From: a virus | Strand: one strand, 5' to 3' | Virus record (IMG/VR): IMGVR_UViG_3300025789_000822 | Location: 24,464-88,463 of that record | Length of the DNA: 64,000 bases | Shown: positions 1-10,900 of the stretch, in pieces | Numbering within the stretch: position 1 is the stretch's first letter | How the letters are laid out: each line of letters begins with the position of its first letter | Notes under the pieces: generated by a model | The model's input: only the letters and a program-made list of their open reading frames with translations | Database searches by the model: none | Told to the model about the DNA's origin: nothing | Program-made: the position numbers and the translations under genes

Positions 1-156
1 TGCACCCGGAGTTTGATTAACACTTAATACAGCTTGTTGTTCAAGACCAGTAAAAAGTTGTGTGAAGTTATCTTGTACCTTTTGGAAGGCAGTTCTAATA
101 GCATCTGCGCTAGGATCGTTGGGGAATGAACCAAAGTCAATATTCTGTTGTGACAT
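1..156 (-). CDS. Baseplate/tail-fibre structural protein, N-terminal part (runs off window)
   Basis: Manual translation MSQQNIDFGSFPNDPSADAIRTAFQKVQDNFTQL resembles the gp9/gp10-type N-terminal motif also seen at 60181-60726; TAAATA upstream. Confidence 0.7.
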   Translation of the reverse strand, partial: MSQQNIDFGSFPNDPSADAIRTAFQKVQDNFTQLFTGLEQQAVLSVNQTPGA

Positions 157-207
157 ATCTAATTACCTTATGTTGTATTTATCGTTTTCAGTATAAACAC
201 TCCCAAC

Positions 208-238
208 CAAAAAAATACCCGACTATTGCCGGGTATTT
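208..238 (-). terminator. Rho-independent terminator
   Basis: AAATACCCG-GCAATAGT-CGGGTATTT hairpin plus T-run on the minus strand after the 1019-aa ORF. Confidence 0.75.
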
Positions 239-254
239 GATTTAATTTGCGATT

Positions 255-3200
255 TTATTTAAGACCTGCTAACTTTTTCCAATCATTGATAGAATCTTTT
301 GATTCGCTGATTTGGCGATTCAATTGACTTGCAACAACTGGAATTGTTGTTTGACCAGTAGATTTTTGTTTATTCAATCCACCAGCAATAACTTTAGTCA
401 TAAAGTCAATATCTTGTTCAAAAGTAGTATCTGATACTGACTTACCAGGACCTGCATCATTTGCCCATTCATCAAGTTTCTTGTCTTTTTTATCATCGTA
501 TTCAATTTCTTTTTTGACTTTTTTGCCTGCACGTTCTGCCTTGTTGTCATCTTTACCTTTATGACCTTCGTCATATTCGATATCTTTGGCAACTTTTTTA
601 GCAGCCTTTTCAGCTTTGTCGTCTTTCTCAGCAGTTGATTCTTTACCTTCAATCATTGCTAATTTCTTGTAAAGACTTTCAAAAGCAAAAGATTCTTCTA
701 CTGCTTCTTCTTCGTCACCGCATTCGCATGGGTCTTTATGGCATGTTGGGCAAACTTCGCTTTCTTCCATGTTCTCTTCTTCAAGAGGACCTTTTTTGTC
801 TGCGATTGCCAGTGATGTGTTAGCAGCATTATTACCTTTAGTTGCATTCATTGAGTTTGCTGAACCATTGTCTGGTGGATTATCTTCTGCAACTTCGTAT
901 GCCATTTGATCTTCTGATTCAACTTCATCAACAACTTCTTTATCGCCGTGATCGCAACCGCAAGATTCATAAGCCATACCGCATTCGTTACATGCTTCTT
1001 CATCAGTGCTTTCTTCGTCAGCATAGTCTTCTGCATCATGTGAATGACTGTGATCATCGCCACCTGACATTTTTTTCATCAATGCCATCATACCTTCATG
1101 GTCATCAACAACGTCAATTTTTGGCATTGCTGGTTCAATTTCTACTGAAGTTTCGCCAGGAATTGTTGCTGGTAGTTGTTCACCGTGACCTTCTTCGTCA
1201 CCAAAGATACCTAAACCAGCTTGTTTAATGAAAGCAAGAACTTGGTCTGCTTCGCTGTCACTAGCATTGATACTTACTGAATCAGGACTACCTTCTTGGC
1301 CTTTGCTTACTGAAACTGTTAGACCTTCGTTAATTTTAGATTTGCTTTCGTTTAACAAATTGTTTAACTCTTTATCCCATGCTTCAAATGCATATTCATC
1401 AATCTTGCTGTCATGATTACTTGTATCGGTAAATGTTTTTCCACCTACCGTAAACTTGCCACCTTTAGGTGTTTTAGCAAGTGCACCAGTAAATGCATTA
1501 CCTTCTTCAACACCATTTAATTCGTTCATTACGTTACGAACCCAAGCACTTACGTCACTTGTACCAATTTCGTCTAAGCCACTTAAGTGACCACAGCAAT
1601 TTTCAACTGCTGCCATGACTTTTTCTGGGCCATGTTTTGCTAACAAATTAGGATGTTGTCTAATGATACGATTGATAACTGCACTCTTAGCGGCTTCGCT
1701 TGAATCGTGATCTTCAGTCATACCACCTGCCATTGCTTGACTTGCCATTCCTGGAGTTGTTGCCGCTGGTTGCATGCCTTCTGTTTCCATCATACCTGCA
1801 CTACTCATGCCATAACACTCATCTAGGCCTTCTTTGTAGCCTTGATGATAAGCCATGCACTCGTCCATATCTTCATAGTTCTTACCACAATGTGGATGAC
1901 CTTTTAATCCATGTGCTTTACCTTCTAGTCTTGCTGCCATGACTTTGTGATTAGCACTTTCTTTAACTGCTTTTTTCTTTTTATCAGCGGCAGCTTTTTT
2001 CATTGATTCTTTTTTGTCGCCATCTTTGTCTAAGTCAATATAATCTGGCTTAGCTTTTTTGCCTTCATTTGTAGGTTTACCCATAGCACCTATTTGACCA
2101 CGATTATTACCCCAGAATGTTTCAGTCAACATTAACAATATTGTTCCAACCATGATTAAAAGTTCACCACCGCCACCAAAACCTGCCATACCAGTTAGTG
2201 CAGAACCACCAATTGCTTGTGCGGCGCCTGCGCCAAGACCTACTACGTGTAATAGTTGAAGCAATTTACCTTGCCAGTTGCCTGCTAAACCTTCGTTGAC
2301 TGCGGCTTGTGCTGGCGCTTGTTTACCCATTTTATCAAAGCCAAATGCTTGTGCCACTTTCAATGCATTTTCTCTGCTAGGAGTAAAATCACCACCTGTA
2401 ATTTGTTTTACTTTAGTTGCAATCTCTTGTACAGGTAAAAACTTCATTACTCTAGGTAAAATTGATTTGATCTTATCCATCATACCTTCGTCTATACGTG
2501 TCTTATGCATTGTTTTCATTTTGCTTTCAAAAGCGTTAGGATTACGGACGGCGCCTAAGTTTGCGCCTTCTGTGTCAATACCTTGAGTTGAAGCAATATC
2601 TGCCTCTTTGATTTTCTTCAATTGCGAACCTGCGATGCGTTTTGCTGCCTCTACACCATACTTAGGTGTTAGTTTACGAACCAATGCATCAAAGCCTGTT
2701 GTAGCATTGTTATGTTTGCCTATATCTTTTTCATCCAACTCTTCTTCAGACATAGGTTGTGTTGTACCTTGTTGAGTTTGTTGACCTTGTTGAGGTTGTT
2801 GTGTTTGTTGTTGACCTTGTGGAGTAACAACTGAAAGTTTCTTTTGTTGTGCTAAGTTATTGATAGTGTCATTTAAAGCCTTACCTGCAGGGCTTTGATC
2901 ATTTACTGTGATCATACCTGTAGTAGTTGCTTTGTTACTACCTTGTTGCATTACTGGAACTGGAGTAGGTGTTTCGTTGATAAGTTCTTTATCTAACTGC
3001 TCAAACCAGTCTTTTAGTGTGTGCTTTTTAGTTTTGCTTTTGTCATATGCAGGTAATTTAACATCTTTACCATGCTTAACACCAAATGCTGAGAAATCAT
3101 ATTTCTTTTCTTCACCTGTTTCAGCATCAGCATTTTTCTTAGGACGACCACGACCACGAGGTGCTGTATCTTGTTTGACTTTTTTGCCCTCTTCATCTTC

Positions 3201-3314
3201 ATCATCTTTACGACCATAACCACCTGGCTCAGCAGTGTGAATACGACCTTTACCAGTCTCTTTTGTAGCCTCTGATAACTGGCTGATCTTTTCTAACATG
3301 TCTTTGAAATTCAT
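255..3314 (-). CDS. Putative modular internal head / prohead core polyprotein
   Basis: 1019 aa, acidic/low complexity, many (I/L/V/M)-x-E junctions, AT-hook-like RGRGRPKK, EF-hand-like DLDKDGD, Cys clusters, C-terminal WKKLAGLK. Confidence 0.55.
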   Translation of the reverse strand: MNFKDMLEKISQLSEATKETGKGRIHTAEPGGYGRKDDEDEEGKKVKQDTAPRGRGRPKKNADAETGEEKKYDFSAFGVKHGKDVKLPAYDKSKTKKHTLKDWFEQLDKELINETPTPVPVMQQGSNKATTTGMITVNDQSPAGKALNDTINNLAQQKKLSVVTPQGQQQTQQPQQGQQTQQGTTQPMSEEELDEKDIGKHNNATTGFDALVRKLTPKYGVEAAKRIAGSQLKKIKEADIASTQGIDTEGANLGAVRNPNAFESKMKTMHKTRIDEGMMDKIKSILPRVMKFLPVQEIATKVKQITGGDFTPSRENALKVAQAFGFDKMGKQAPAQAAVNEGLAGNWQGKLLQLLHVVGLGAGAAQAIGGSALTGMAGFGGGGELLIMVGTILLMLTETFWGNNRGQIGAMGKPTNEGKKAKPDYIDLDKDGDKKESMKKAAADKKKKAVKESANHKVMAARLEGKAHGLKGHPHCGKNYEDMDECMAYHQGYKEGLDECYGMSSAGMMETEGMQPAATTPGMASQAMAGGMTEDHDSSEAAKSAVINRIIRQHPNLLAKHGPEKVMAAVENCCGHLSGLDEIGTSDVSAWVRNVMNELNGVEEGNAFTGALAKTPKGGKFTVGGKTFTDTSNHDSKIDEYAFEAWDKELNNLLNESKSKINEGLTVSVSKGQEGSPDSVSINASDSEADQVLAFIKQAGLGIFGDEEGHGEQLPATIPGETSVEIEPAMPKIDVVDDHEGMMALMKKMSGGDDHSHSHDAEDYADEESTDEEACNECGMAYESCGCDHGDKEVVDEVESEDQMAYEVAEDNPPDNGSANSMNATKGNNAANTSLAIADKKGPLEEENMEESEVCPTCHKDPCECGDEEEAVEESFAFESLYKKLAMIEGKESTAEKDDKAEKAAKKVAKDIEYDEGHKGKDDNKAERAGKKVKKEIEYDDKKDKKLDEWANDAGPGKSVSDTTFEQDIDFMTKVIAGGLNKQKSTGQTTIPVVASQLNRQISESKDSINDWKKLAGLK

Positions 3315-3334
3315 AATGTGTCGTCCTTAATTAA

Positions 3335-3955
3335 TTAAACCATTGCACCAGTCTTTGGTTTAGGTGGCATTTTAATTTTAGTCATGGGACTCATGTCACC
3401 TAATCGTTTATCGTCTAAGTATGGTTTGAATGGGTCAAATGCGTTTGGAGTTTTCTTTCCATCGTATTGATATTCAATATTTGAATCTTTTGCTTGATCC
3501 TTGATACTGTCTAAGTATGAACCAGCATATGCTTTACTTGCAGCCTTTGCGCCTGCTTCTGTTTCTTCTTCATGAGTTAGCACAGGGCTATTTTTCATTT
3601 GATTAGCATATTGTTCTGCTTCGCCATTGATACTGTCATCATATGCAGAACCAATAACTCGTACCATATTCAAGTTGTATCCTAACAACTGTGCCATTTG
3701 TTGAATCATTGGCTCTGTTGCAGGATAACGGAATTTGCACTTAAGAATAGTAATTGATTCATTGTGAAGATCAGGGAATCCATATGGATCCTTCTGAATG
3801 GGCGTGCTTGTTGGCGCTGAGATTTCTACAGGATCAAACTTGTTTAGATTATGTTTGAACATTTCCAACCAGTTTTTATCCACTTCACCAGCGATCTTAA
3901 TAGTGTAATCATATGTATGTACACTTTCAACGATATATTGTTTGAGGCTCTTCAT
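3335..3955 (-). CDS. Putative head-associated protein
   Basis: 206 aa; N-terminus MKSLKQYIVES resembles T4 capsid-targeting sequences; TAAATA upstream. Confidence 0.5.
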   Translation of the reverse strand: MKSLKQYIVESVHTYDYTIKIAGEVDKNWLEMFKHNLNKFDPVEISAPTSTPIQKDPYGFPDLHNESITILKCKFRYPATEPMIQQMAQLLGYNLNMVRVIGSAYDDSINGEAEQYANQMKNSPVLTHEEETEAGAKAASKAYAGSYLDSIKDQAKDSNIEYQYDGKKTPNAFDPFKPYLDDKRLGDMSPMTKIKMPPKPKTGAMV

Positions 3956-3981
3956 AATTTAATTCCCGTATAATATATTTA

Positions 3982-4464
3982 TCATTTAGTCTCAGTTTTT
4001 GCGCTGAGAACTCTAAGCAGTTCGTTGCGATCCAAAGACTTGCCTTCACCTAACGGGGTGTTTTCTATTTCTTCTGATTTAGCTGCCTGACGTTGATCCA
4101 ATGCGGCTTTCTTTAGTTGCAAATCAATCATCTTTAATTTTTTATTTAGTTTGGCAGTTTTTGCTGTGATTGCGTGTCCTAATAGATTACTAGCAACACC
4201 AAAGATTTCGCTACTAAATCTACTATCTACTTGCATACCTAAATCCATTAAATCTTTATAACTGCTTGTTGCTAGGTTGGCTAGTTCATCCATTTCAGTA
4301 TCAGCGGCTTCTAGTCCTCTGACTTGGGGTAATGCTGTTTCAATTTTTTCTAGATTACTAAGTGCTTCTGTAGTAATTTCTTGTGCAAATTCGGGGGTAG
4401 GCTTCGCCAAAGTGCTTATAACATCTTCAGGAAGCTCAAATAATTCTTCTAACTTTTTTGTAAT
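3982..4464 (-). CDS. Hypothetical coiled-coil late protein; probable ATT start at 4464
   Basis: Frame is open upstream of the track's 4410 start as ITKKLEELFELPED; AAGGAG lies 7 nt before the ATT. Confidence 0.6.
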   Translation of the reverse strand: MTKKLEELFELPEDVISTLAKPTPEFAQEITTEALSNLEKIETALPQVRGLEAADTEMDELANLATSSYKDLMDLGMQVDSRFSSEIFGVASNLLGHAITAKTAKLNKKLKMIDLQLKKAALDQRQAAKSEEIENTPLGEGKSLDRNELLRVLSAKTETK

Positions 4465-4465
4465 T

Positions 4466-5050
4466 TTAATTCTCCTTAGTAAACCATGTACGTTTACCGT
4501 TGACTAATTTCCATGATTTACCACGATTAGCATCACCGCATTTTAATGGATCACTTTGAATACGAATTCTGCGCTGTTCTTCTGCTAGGATTAAAGCTGG
4601 CGTTTTGGTTTTCTTTTTTCCTGTCATTCCTAATTTCATTTTTTCAATTCTTTCAGGAGTCCAACTAGCTTCTGAACTGCAAGAATTTTTTACAAAGTTT
4701 GATACCTCTTCTGGGGTCATTTTTGCTAATATTTCTTTTCTAGAATTACTTAATTTTTTTCTAGATTCAGTTGACCATGCACCACCGGGGCCAGCTTCCT
4801 CTGTTAAGTTAGCCCATTTATCACTTTCAACTACATTCCACAACTTACTATAATGCAATCCCCAATGAATCAATTCTTCTTCAGATTGGCATTCTTTAAT
4901 AATTTCAGTAGTTACATCATTCCCGTGTACTTTTAGATGATTGGTCCAATATGTGCCGGACCCAAGATATTTGTACGGATCTTTTGATAAAGTTTTACCT
5001 AGATATTGTAATCCGGTTTTATTGTGAGTCTTTTTATAAAGATATATCAT
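4466..5050 (-). mobile_element. Free-standing GIY-YIG (Seg-like) homing endonuclease gene
   Basis: N-terminal IYLYKKTH..TGLQYLGKT, YLGSG, NLT motifs; basic NUMOD-like C-terminus. Confidence 0.85.
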
Positions 5051-5063
5051 AGAAAGTATTTAG

Positions 5064-5501
5064 TTACTTTCGTGTACCATTTCTAAAAAGATCGTCCTCT
5101 GTAATAACTCTAAATGTAAATCCTTGGCTTTGACAATAGGCCATAGCCGCTTTCCACTTAGCATGATTAATAGCAACTATCATTCTGTCCTTGGCGTTTG
5201 CTACTTTGCTTTCAATAAGACTTTGTTTTTTAGGTTTTATTTCTACAACTTCTGCTATCTTTTTACCAAACTTGTTTTCATATACTACAAAGAAATCAGG
5301 AATATAATTAGTTTTTTTGCCTGTAAAGGGATGAATATAAGGAATAATCATAGATTCACTAGCCCAATATAATACATTTTTATGTGTATCACAGAAAGTC
5401 ATGAATGTTAGTTCCCAACCTGAACGATATCTAGGCTTATGTTTGCCTATGTATTTTTGTGGTTGAGTGGGAGTAAATTGACCTTGTGCAAATCTAGCCA
5501 T
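5064..5501 (-). CDS. Head completion nuclease (T4 gp4-like, TnsA-like PD-(D/E)XK)
   Basis: KYIG..PRYRSGWE..F..FCD, WASE, YIPDF, EIKP, NHAKW motifs. Confidence 0.85.
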   Translation of the reverse strand: MARFAQGQFTPTQPQKYIGKHKPRYRSGWELTFMTFCDTHKNVLYWASESMIIPYIHPFTGKKTNYIPDFFVVYENKFGKKIAEVVEIKPKKQSLIESKVANAKDRMIVAINHAKWKAAMAYCQSQGFTFRVITEDDLFRNGTRK

Positions 5502-5502
5502 A

Positions 5503-5871
5503 TCATAACACTACATTTCTTTGAACTGCTTGATTGGGTACAGGGATATTACCGGTACCATACAACGAGGCTTTGCTTCTAAATGTGTTCAGATAATAGC
5601 ATAATGCATTGCTGGCTTGTAATGTATTGTTTGAACCCTGAACTGCTTCAAGTAATTGTTGTACAGGGATGTTGGCTTGTTGAGCAATAGAAAAGAATAA
5701 TGCAGTAAAGTTTGCCGCAATAGTATTATTATCGCTAACGCCCTTAAAGTATGAAAATACCAAGTCATACTCTCCACCGTTAACGTGCAATGTGGTACTG
5801 TAAAAATTATCAAAAATTCTTACAGTTTGTGAGATATGATCTCTTTCAGATGTGATATTTGTATTAGCCAT
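5503..5871 (-). CDS. Hypothetical protein (tail region)
   Basis: 122-aa ORF, TAAATA-N5-ATG. Confidence 0.6.
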   Translation of the reverse strand: MANTNITSERDHISQTVRIFDNFYSTTLHVNGGEYDLVFSYFKGVSDNNTIAANFTALFFSIAQQANIPVQQLLEAVQGSNNTLQASNALCYYLNTFRSKASLYGTGNIPVPNQAVQRNVVL

Positions 5872-5907
5872 AATACTATTTATTCAACAATAATATGATT
5901 ATTATTC

Positions 5908-7197
5908 TTAATTAGTATTAGTATAGCCTGGAACTAAATTTGCGCCATTGTATTGTTGACCTGCTACAGGTTCGTTTGTGATTGGTATTGGTCCAATGGC
6001 GCCACCAGTAACTGGGAAGTTTGCAGTATTCAACGGTCCAGGAGATTGTCCAACACCACTAAAAACAAATTGATTGTTTCGTGAGCCAGCGGTAGCATTT
6101 AACAGAGCATTTGGTAACCCTGCATTAATTGCTGATGCTGGAGCAGGGTTAGGTGATGCATATTGATTGCCATAAGCAACCCCTTGCGCATTAATTGTAT
6201 TTTGATATAGATTAGGTGTGCCTTGTGTCAATGCACCACCTGCTGCCGGAACTAAGCCACCTTGTCCCAATGCATAACCATTTCCACCTGCTGCCATAAT
6301 AGGACTTGGGGTTCTATCATATGTTGCAGGATCTCCAAATCCAGTAACGATGTTGCTAGGATCTTTGCCATCTAAATGACCATAATCATACGTTACTGTT
6401 TCGTAATCAAATGTCATTTTGTTTTGCATGATACCATTAGTTTCATTGTAGTTATAACTATCATGAGAAAAACTAGTAATCATGGGATTAATAAATGTGT
6501 AGGCAGTAAAATTATGTTGATTAAATCCAAATACAGTTATACTATCAAAGAAAGGTACTTTAACATTAGTGCCACTAGGATACGTACCGTCATACCCCCA
6601 ACCATTGTCACCTGATATATCGAACTGATAAATATTTCTATTATTATAATTAATCGCTCCGGCGTTACCGCCTCTAGATCCGTTGAACTGTGCGTTTACA
6701 TTTAAACTATCTTGATAGTAGTATTGATAATATGATTGCCACATACCATTAATAGTATCACCGTTGTCATCGTGAAAACTTACTTCAACAGGTTCATATC
6801 TAATTTTTGTTTGTACAATTCTTTTTCTGTTGTACTGATTGAGTTGAGTTGTATTAATACTAAAAGTTGGAAGTTTTATATCTTTAACTAAAACGCCATA
6901 GTCACTAGTAGGTAACACATTAGTACCACTACGACCACCATTAAAAAACTGCATAGCAGCCGCATTAATTTTAAAATATGTGTGAAATAGATACTTGAAT
7001 TTAGGAGCATTCTGATAAGAATTAGTCCTAAAGATTTTGCTTGCGTGAGTATAATCACGTAGGTATTCGCCGAAATAAGAACCAGTCTGTGTTCTCGGGC
7101 CAGAGTATCCTGTACCATTAAGTACAGCACCTCCGGCCAAAGCCCCTACTGCCCCTATTGCGGCGTTTACTAAAAGGTTTTGATTAAACCCTGACAT
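5908..7197 (-). CDS. Tail-tube-like baseplate/tube initiator protein
   Basis: gp19/gp54-like motifs (LPTFSINT, YEPVEVSFHDD, MTFDYE); adjacent to the tube gene. Confidence 0.65.
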   Translation of the reverse strand: MSGFNQNLLVNAAIGAVGALAGGAVLNGTGYSGPRTQTGSYFGEYLRDYTHASKIFRTNSYQNAPKFKYLFHTYFKINAAAMQFFNGGRSGTNVLPTSDYGVLVKDIKLPTFSINTTQLNQYNRKRIVQTKIRYEPVEVSFHDDNGDTINGMWQSYYQYYYQDSLNVNAQFNGSRGGNAGAINYNNRNIYQFDISGDNGWGYDGTYPSGTNVKVPFFDSITVFGFNQHNFTAYTFINPMITSFSHDSYNYNETNGIMQNKMTFDYETVTYDYGHLDGKDPSNIVTGFGDPATYDRTPSPIMAAGGNGYALGQGGLVPAAGGALTQGTPNLYQNTINAQGVAYGNQYASPNPAPASAINAGLPNALLNATAGSRNNQFVFSGVGQSPGPLNTANFPVTGGAIGPIPITNEPVAGQQYNGANLVPGYTNTN

Positions 7198-7209
7198 TGT
7201 TATTCAATG

Positions 7210-7842
7210 TTACTGACCAATACCAGTTACAGAATCACCTGTTTGACGTTGTACACCTGGCGTACCAACACCAGAACCAAGTGGCGCTTGAATTGCGTTA
7301 TCAAAACGTAATGTCAATGCAACTGTTACTGCATCGCTTGTGCCATAGTTCAATGTTTGATAGTTAACTTGTTGAATATAGCACCCATACAATTCCCATG
7401 TTTCTAACACAGCAGGAACAGCAGTGCCGTTACCACCATCAAGAATTTGAATGTTAGTTTGGAATTTATAATCTTGACCAGTAGCTGCTGATGCTTGTTC
7501 AACAAAGTCAAATTGTTTCTGAATTTGTGAACCAACTGCAAGTGCAACGGTACCAGATGCATCATCACGAATGTTGATTGCAAGTGTCTGCCATTTTGGT
7601 TTACCTGCTAGATACATTGTTGAGTTATATACGTTTAATGTAATATCGTCAAATTGTACTTGCGGTCTTGCGCAATCGATAACTTGTTTAGTCAAACTTA
7701 GACCCTGTGTTGCGCTTGCACCAAAATTTAGAAAGTCAACTCTGAATCTAAATTGTAGTTTAGGCATCAACAGACCTTGGTTGCCGCCTGATGTATCTCC
7801 TGCGACTGTCATGTTGAACAATGATTGTGAGGCTGTTGCCAT
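7210..7842 (-). CDS. Tail tube protein (T4 gp19-like)
   Basis: 210 aa directly after the sheath; YLAGKPKW..IRDD, WELYGC, LTLRFDNA. Confidence 0.85.
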   Translation of the reverse strand: MATASQSLFNMTVAGDTSGGNQGLLMPKLQFRFRVDFLNFGASATQGLSLTKQVIDCARPQVQFDDITLNVYNSTMYLAGKPKWQTLAINIRDDASGTVALAVGSQIQKQFDFVEQASAATGQDYKFQTNIQILDGGNGTAVPAVLETWELYGCYIQQVNYQTLNYGTSDAVTVALTLRFDNAIQAPLGSGVGTPGVQRQTGDSVTGIGQ

Positions 7843-7874
7843 TTTTTATCTCCTATATATGTATTTATCAATTT

Positions 7875-7898
7875 ATGATACCCCTTTCGGGGTATCAT
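7875..7898 (-). other. GAAA-tetraloop hairpin between sheath and tube genes
   Basis: ATGATACCCC-GAAA-GGGGTATCAT perfect 10-bp stem; no U-tract on the coding strand. Confidence 0.6.
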
Positions 7899-7904
7899 TT
7901 TCTA

Positions 7905-10900
7905 TTACTTAGAACCACCTTGACCACCTAGTGTTCCTGTTGCCAAGATACGTACTGGGATATAGATGAATTCAACTGCCTTCACGGGTTCGATTGCAAC
8001 GTCTACCCAAAGTTCGTTAGCATCGATTGTTGCAGGAGTATTGTTACTGTTATCACAAACTACCAAGTAGTCATAGATACCGCGTTTCGCTACTAAGTCA
8101 ACAAGCAATGTTTGTACAACACCAGAAATCTGTGTTCTTGTTAGTGCATCATTAGGTTCAAAGATGAACGGTCTTGCTGCAACTGCCAAGTTGTAACGTA
8201 GATAGCAGATAAGTCTTGCAACGTTAATTCTATCTAATGCAGATTGTGATGCATAGCTTGAAATGTTACCGAAACTTAACAATCCATTACCAGTAAAGAA
8301 TACTAGTGGGTTGATGTTGTTAGTATACAATACATCTCTGATTCCTTGACTTGTTTTAACTGTTACAAAGTCACCTGTTGTAGCATCGATATAACCAATA
8401 TTAGTTGCATTATCGATAATACCACGGCGAGTACCAGCTGCTGCCAACCAAGGATAAGCGATTTGATCGTTTCTTAGGAACGTTCTCAACATCATATATG
8501 ATGGGGGAACTGCTACCAAATTACCTTGCAAGTCGTCAGTAATACCGCTTGGATAGAATAGACCCAAGTATGTGTTACGTGTTACACAACCATCAACACC
8601 AGTTGATGCTGCACCTGCTGCATTTTTAGCCCATGCTGCAATTGCTGTGCCATTAGCAGGTAATGTCATTGGAGTATCACCAACGATGAATGCTGTGTCA
8701 CCGCGATCATCATTCAATGTTACCATATCTGGTTGCAATTCGCAATAGTTTGGTGCTGCCATTAAGTTGAAGAAGTTATCTTCATCTCTGATCGCTTGGT
8801 TAGTTGAAATTGTTGCTCTCATAGCAGTAACAACCATGTTACGTTGTGCTGCTGCACCAAAGTAAGGTACGCCTGTTGTTGCGTTTGCACCTGATACAGA
8901 TACCCATGCATCTTGATATTCAGGGATTGTTGAGTCAGGGAATCTAACGCTATTGAAGTAATCTGGACGATACTGTTTAACGTTATAACCTGAACGTCTT
9001 GTGTTGAACAACAATGTTCCAACTGGATACAAACTTGAATCTGGGCAATCCAAATCAATGTAATCGCTCATCAACAAATCTGCGATTGCTGGGATAGGAT
9101 CATCAATTGGGCTTGTGTCACCGTTAGTTGCCCAACGTGCATCAGCAAACAAGATACCTTGTGAGTTTACACGGTCAGCATTGTCAATTACAACCCATTG
9201 ATCAACATTGTTAACTGATTGCCAACGACTGATGATTGGATAGTTAACTAAATCTAATGTGTTAACCCAAAGATCACCGTAAGCAAGAGCAGTTACGCCG
9301 TCGCTTTGTGTTGTTGGAGCAGTTGCTGAACAGATAGGACCGTTAGGGTCAGTTGTGTTTGAACCACTTGTTGGGAAACCATTTGAATCATAGTTAGTAT
9401 TACCATAACCAGTCCAATATGAATTCACACTATTTGGATTATCTGTGTTAGGAACATTAGTTCTAACCATGATATCTACTTGGTCAACTACTGAGTAGAA
9501 CCAGTTAGTATTAGCTGCAGGAGCTGCTACTGGAGCACCACCGCTTGGTACTAATGTGAAATCTACCCAATTTGAAAGTTGAACATTATAAGTTTCAGCA
9601 CCCATACCAGATACATAAGTTAAACCTGTTACTGCGCCGCTACCATTTACTGAAACAACTCTAACAACTAAGTCGTTTGCAGGATGACTACCGCCCATTG
9701 ACACGCCACTGAACGTTACTGTATCACCTACAGCGTAGCCAGAGCCGGCTGCTGCAAATGTTGTTGGAGAAACATTATAGATAGTATTAATATTTGTAAC
9801 GTTAATTTGCAAACTAGTACCAACACCTGAAGTTGATGCTTGAGTTGGGGTGAATGAAATACCTGCATTTGCATTAGACAAGTTGTTTGAAACAAACGGA
9901 CCTGTTTTAACAAATGCAGTTGTTCCTGATACAAAACCTGCGGCTGCTAATACACCACTGCTTAGACCAGTTGATAACACGCAGTCATTCATTACGATAA
10001 CACCACCTGATGTTTGCTCAATGACAATAGCACCTGATGTTGCAACACTTGCGGTTGTGAATGGAATAGCTGCTGCTTGCCATGCTGTTACAAATTGTGT
10101 AGCATTGCATGTGCTTGGAATGTTAACAGTATATACTGAACTTAATGATCCTGTACCTGGAATGCTTGATTGTACATAAATGTGTGTAGCACCACTTGTC
10201 CAGTCAAAGTCAGTTACAGTACCTGTAGCAATTGTTGCACCTGTTGCAACACGTTCCCAATAATAGATTGGACCTTGTGCTGCTGGAATTGTTGCTGTAG
10301 GAACAAAGTTAGAATTGTATTGTGCATACACAGTACCAGCTGGAATCAATGCTCCGCCGGTTGCATCTAAACTTTCAATTACGTCCCAGTCGCTTGTTGC
10401 CAAATTAGCAGTTTTTGCCTTCCAACTAGCAGTTGTAGCAGACCATTCACTAATAACAGGGTTAAAACCGTTACCTGAAGAACCTACTTTTAACCATACA
10501 GAACCGCCCGGAGCTGGGAATTGCTGACTTGCTTGCCACAATGGTTGTTGAGCAGAAGTACCATAGAAGAATTGTGGTTGGTAGTAGTTACCAGATTCAA
10601 TTCCCAATTGTGACAATGCTGTACCAGAAATTGTCAAATATTTAGGATTTACACTTGTACTTCCACCTGTTTGTGATGAATAAATGTTTAATTTGCCACT
10701 TACAACGCTTGCTGTTACATAACCAAGACCTAATGCATTGATTTGACTCGCTAATACTGAAACTACATTATTTGGTGAAGATTCTACAGTAACTGTAACT
10801 GAACCACCACCGCTGATATTAAGTGATAGTGTGTTTCCTGCACTCAACGTTGGGTTACTATTTGTACCTCTAATAGTTGGCCATGAATTTAACCATGCTT

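Noticed and set aside
4462-5062. Group I intron around the GIY-YIG gene
   Set aside because: The ORF fills the whole interval, leaving no room for a ribozyme core
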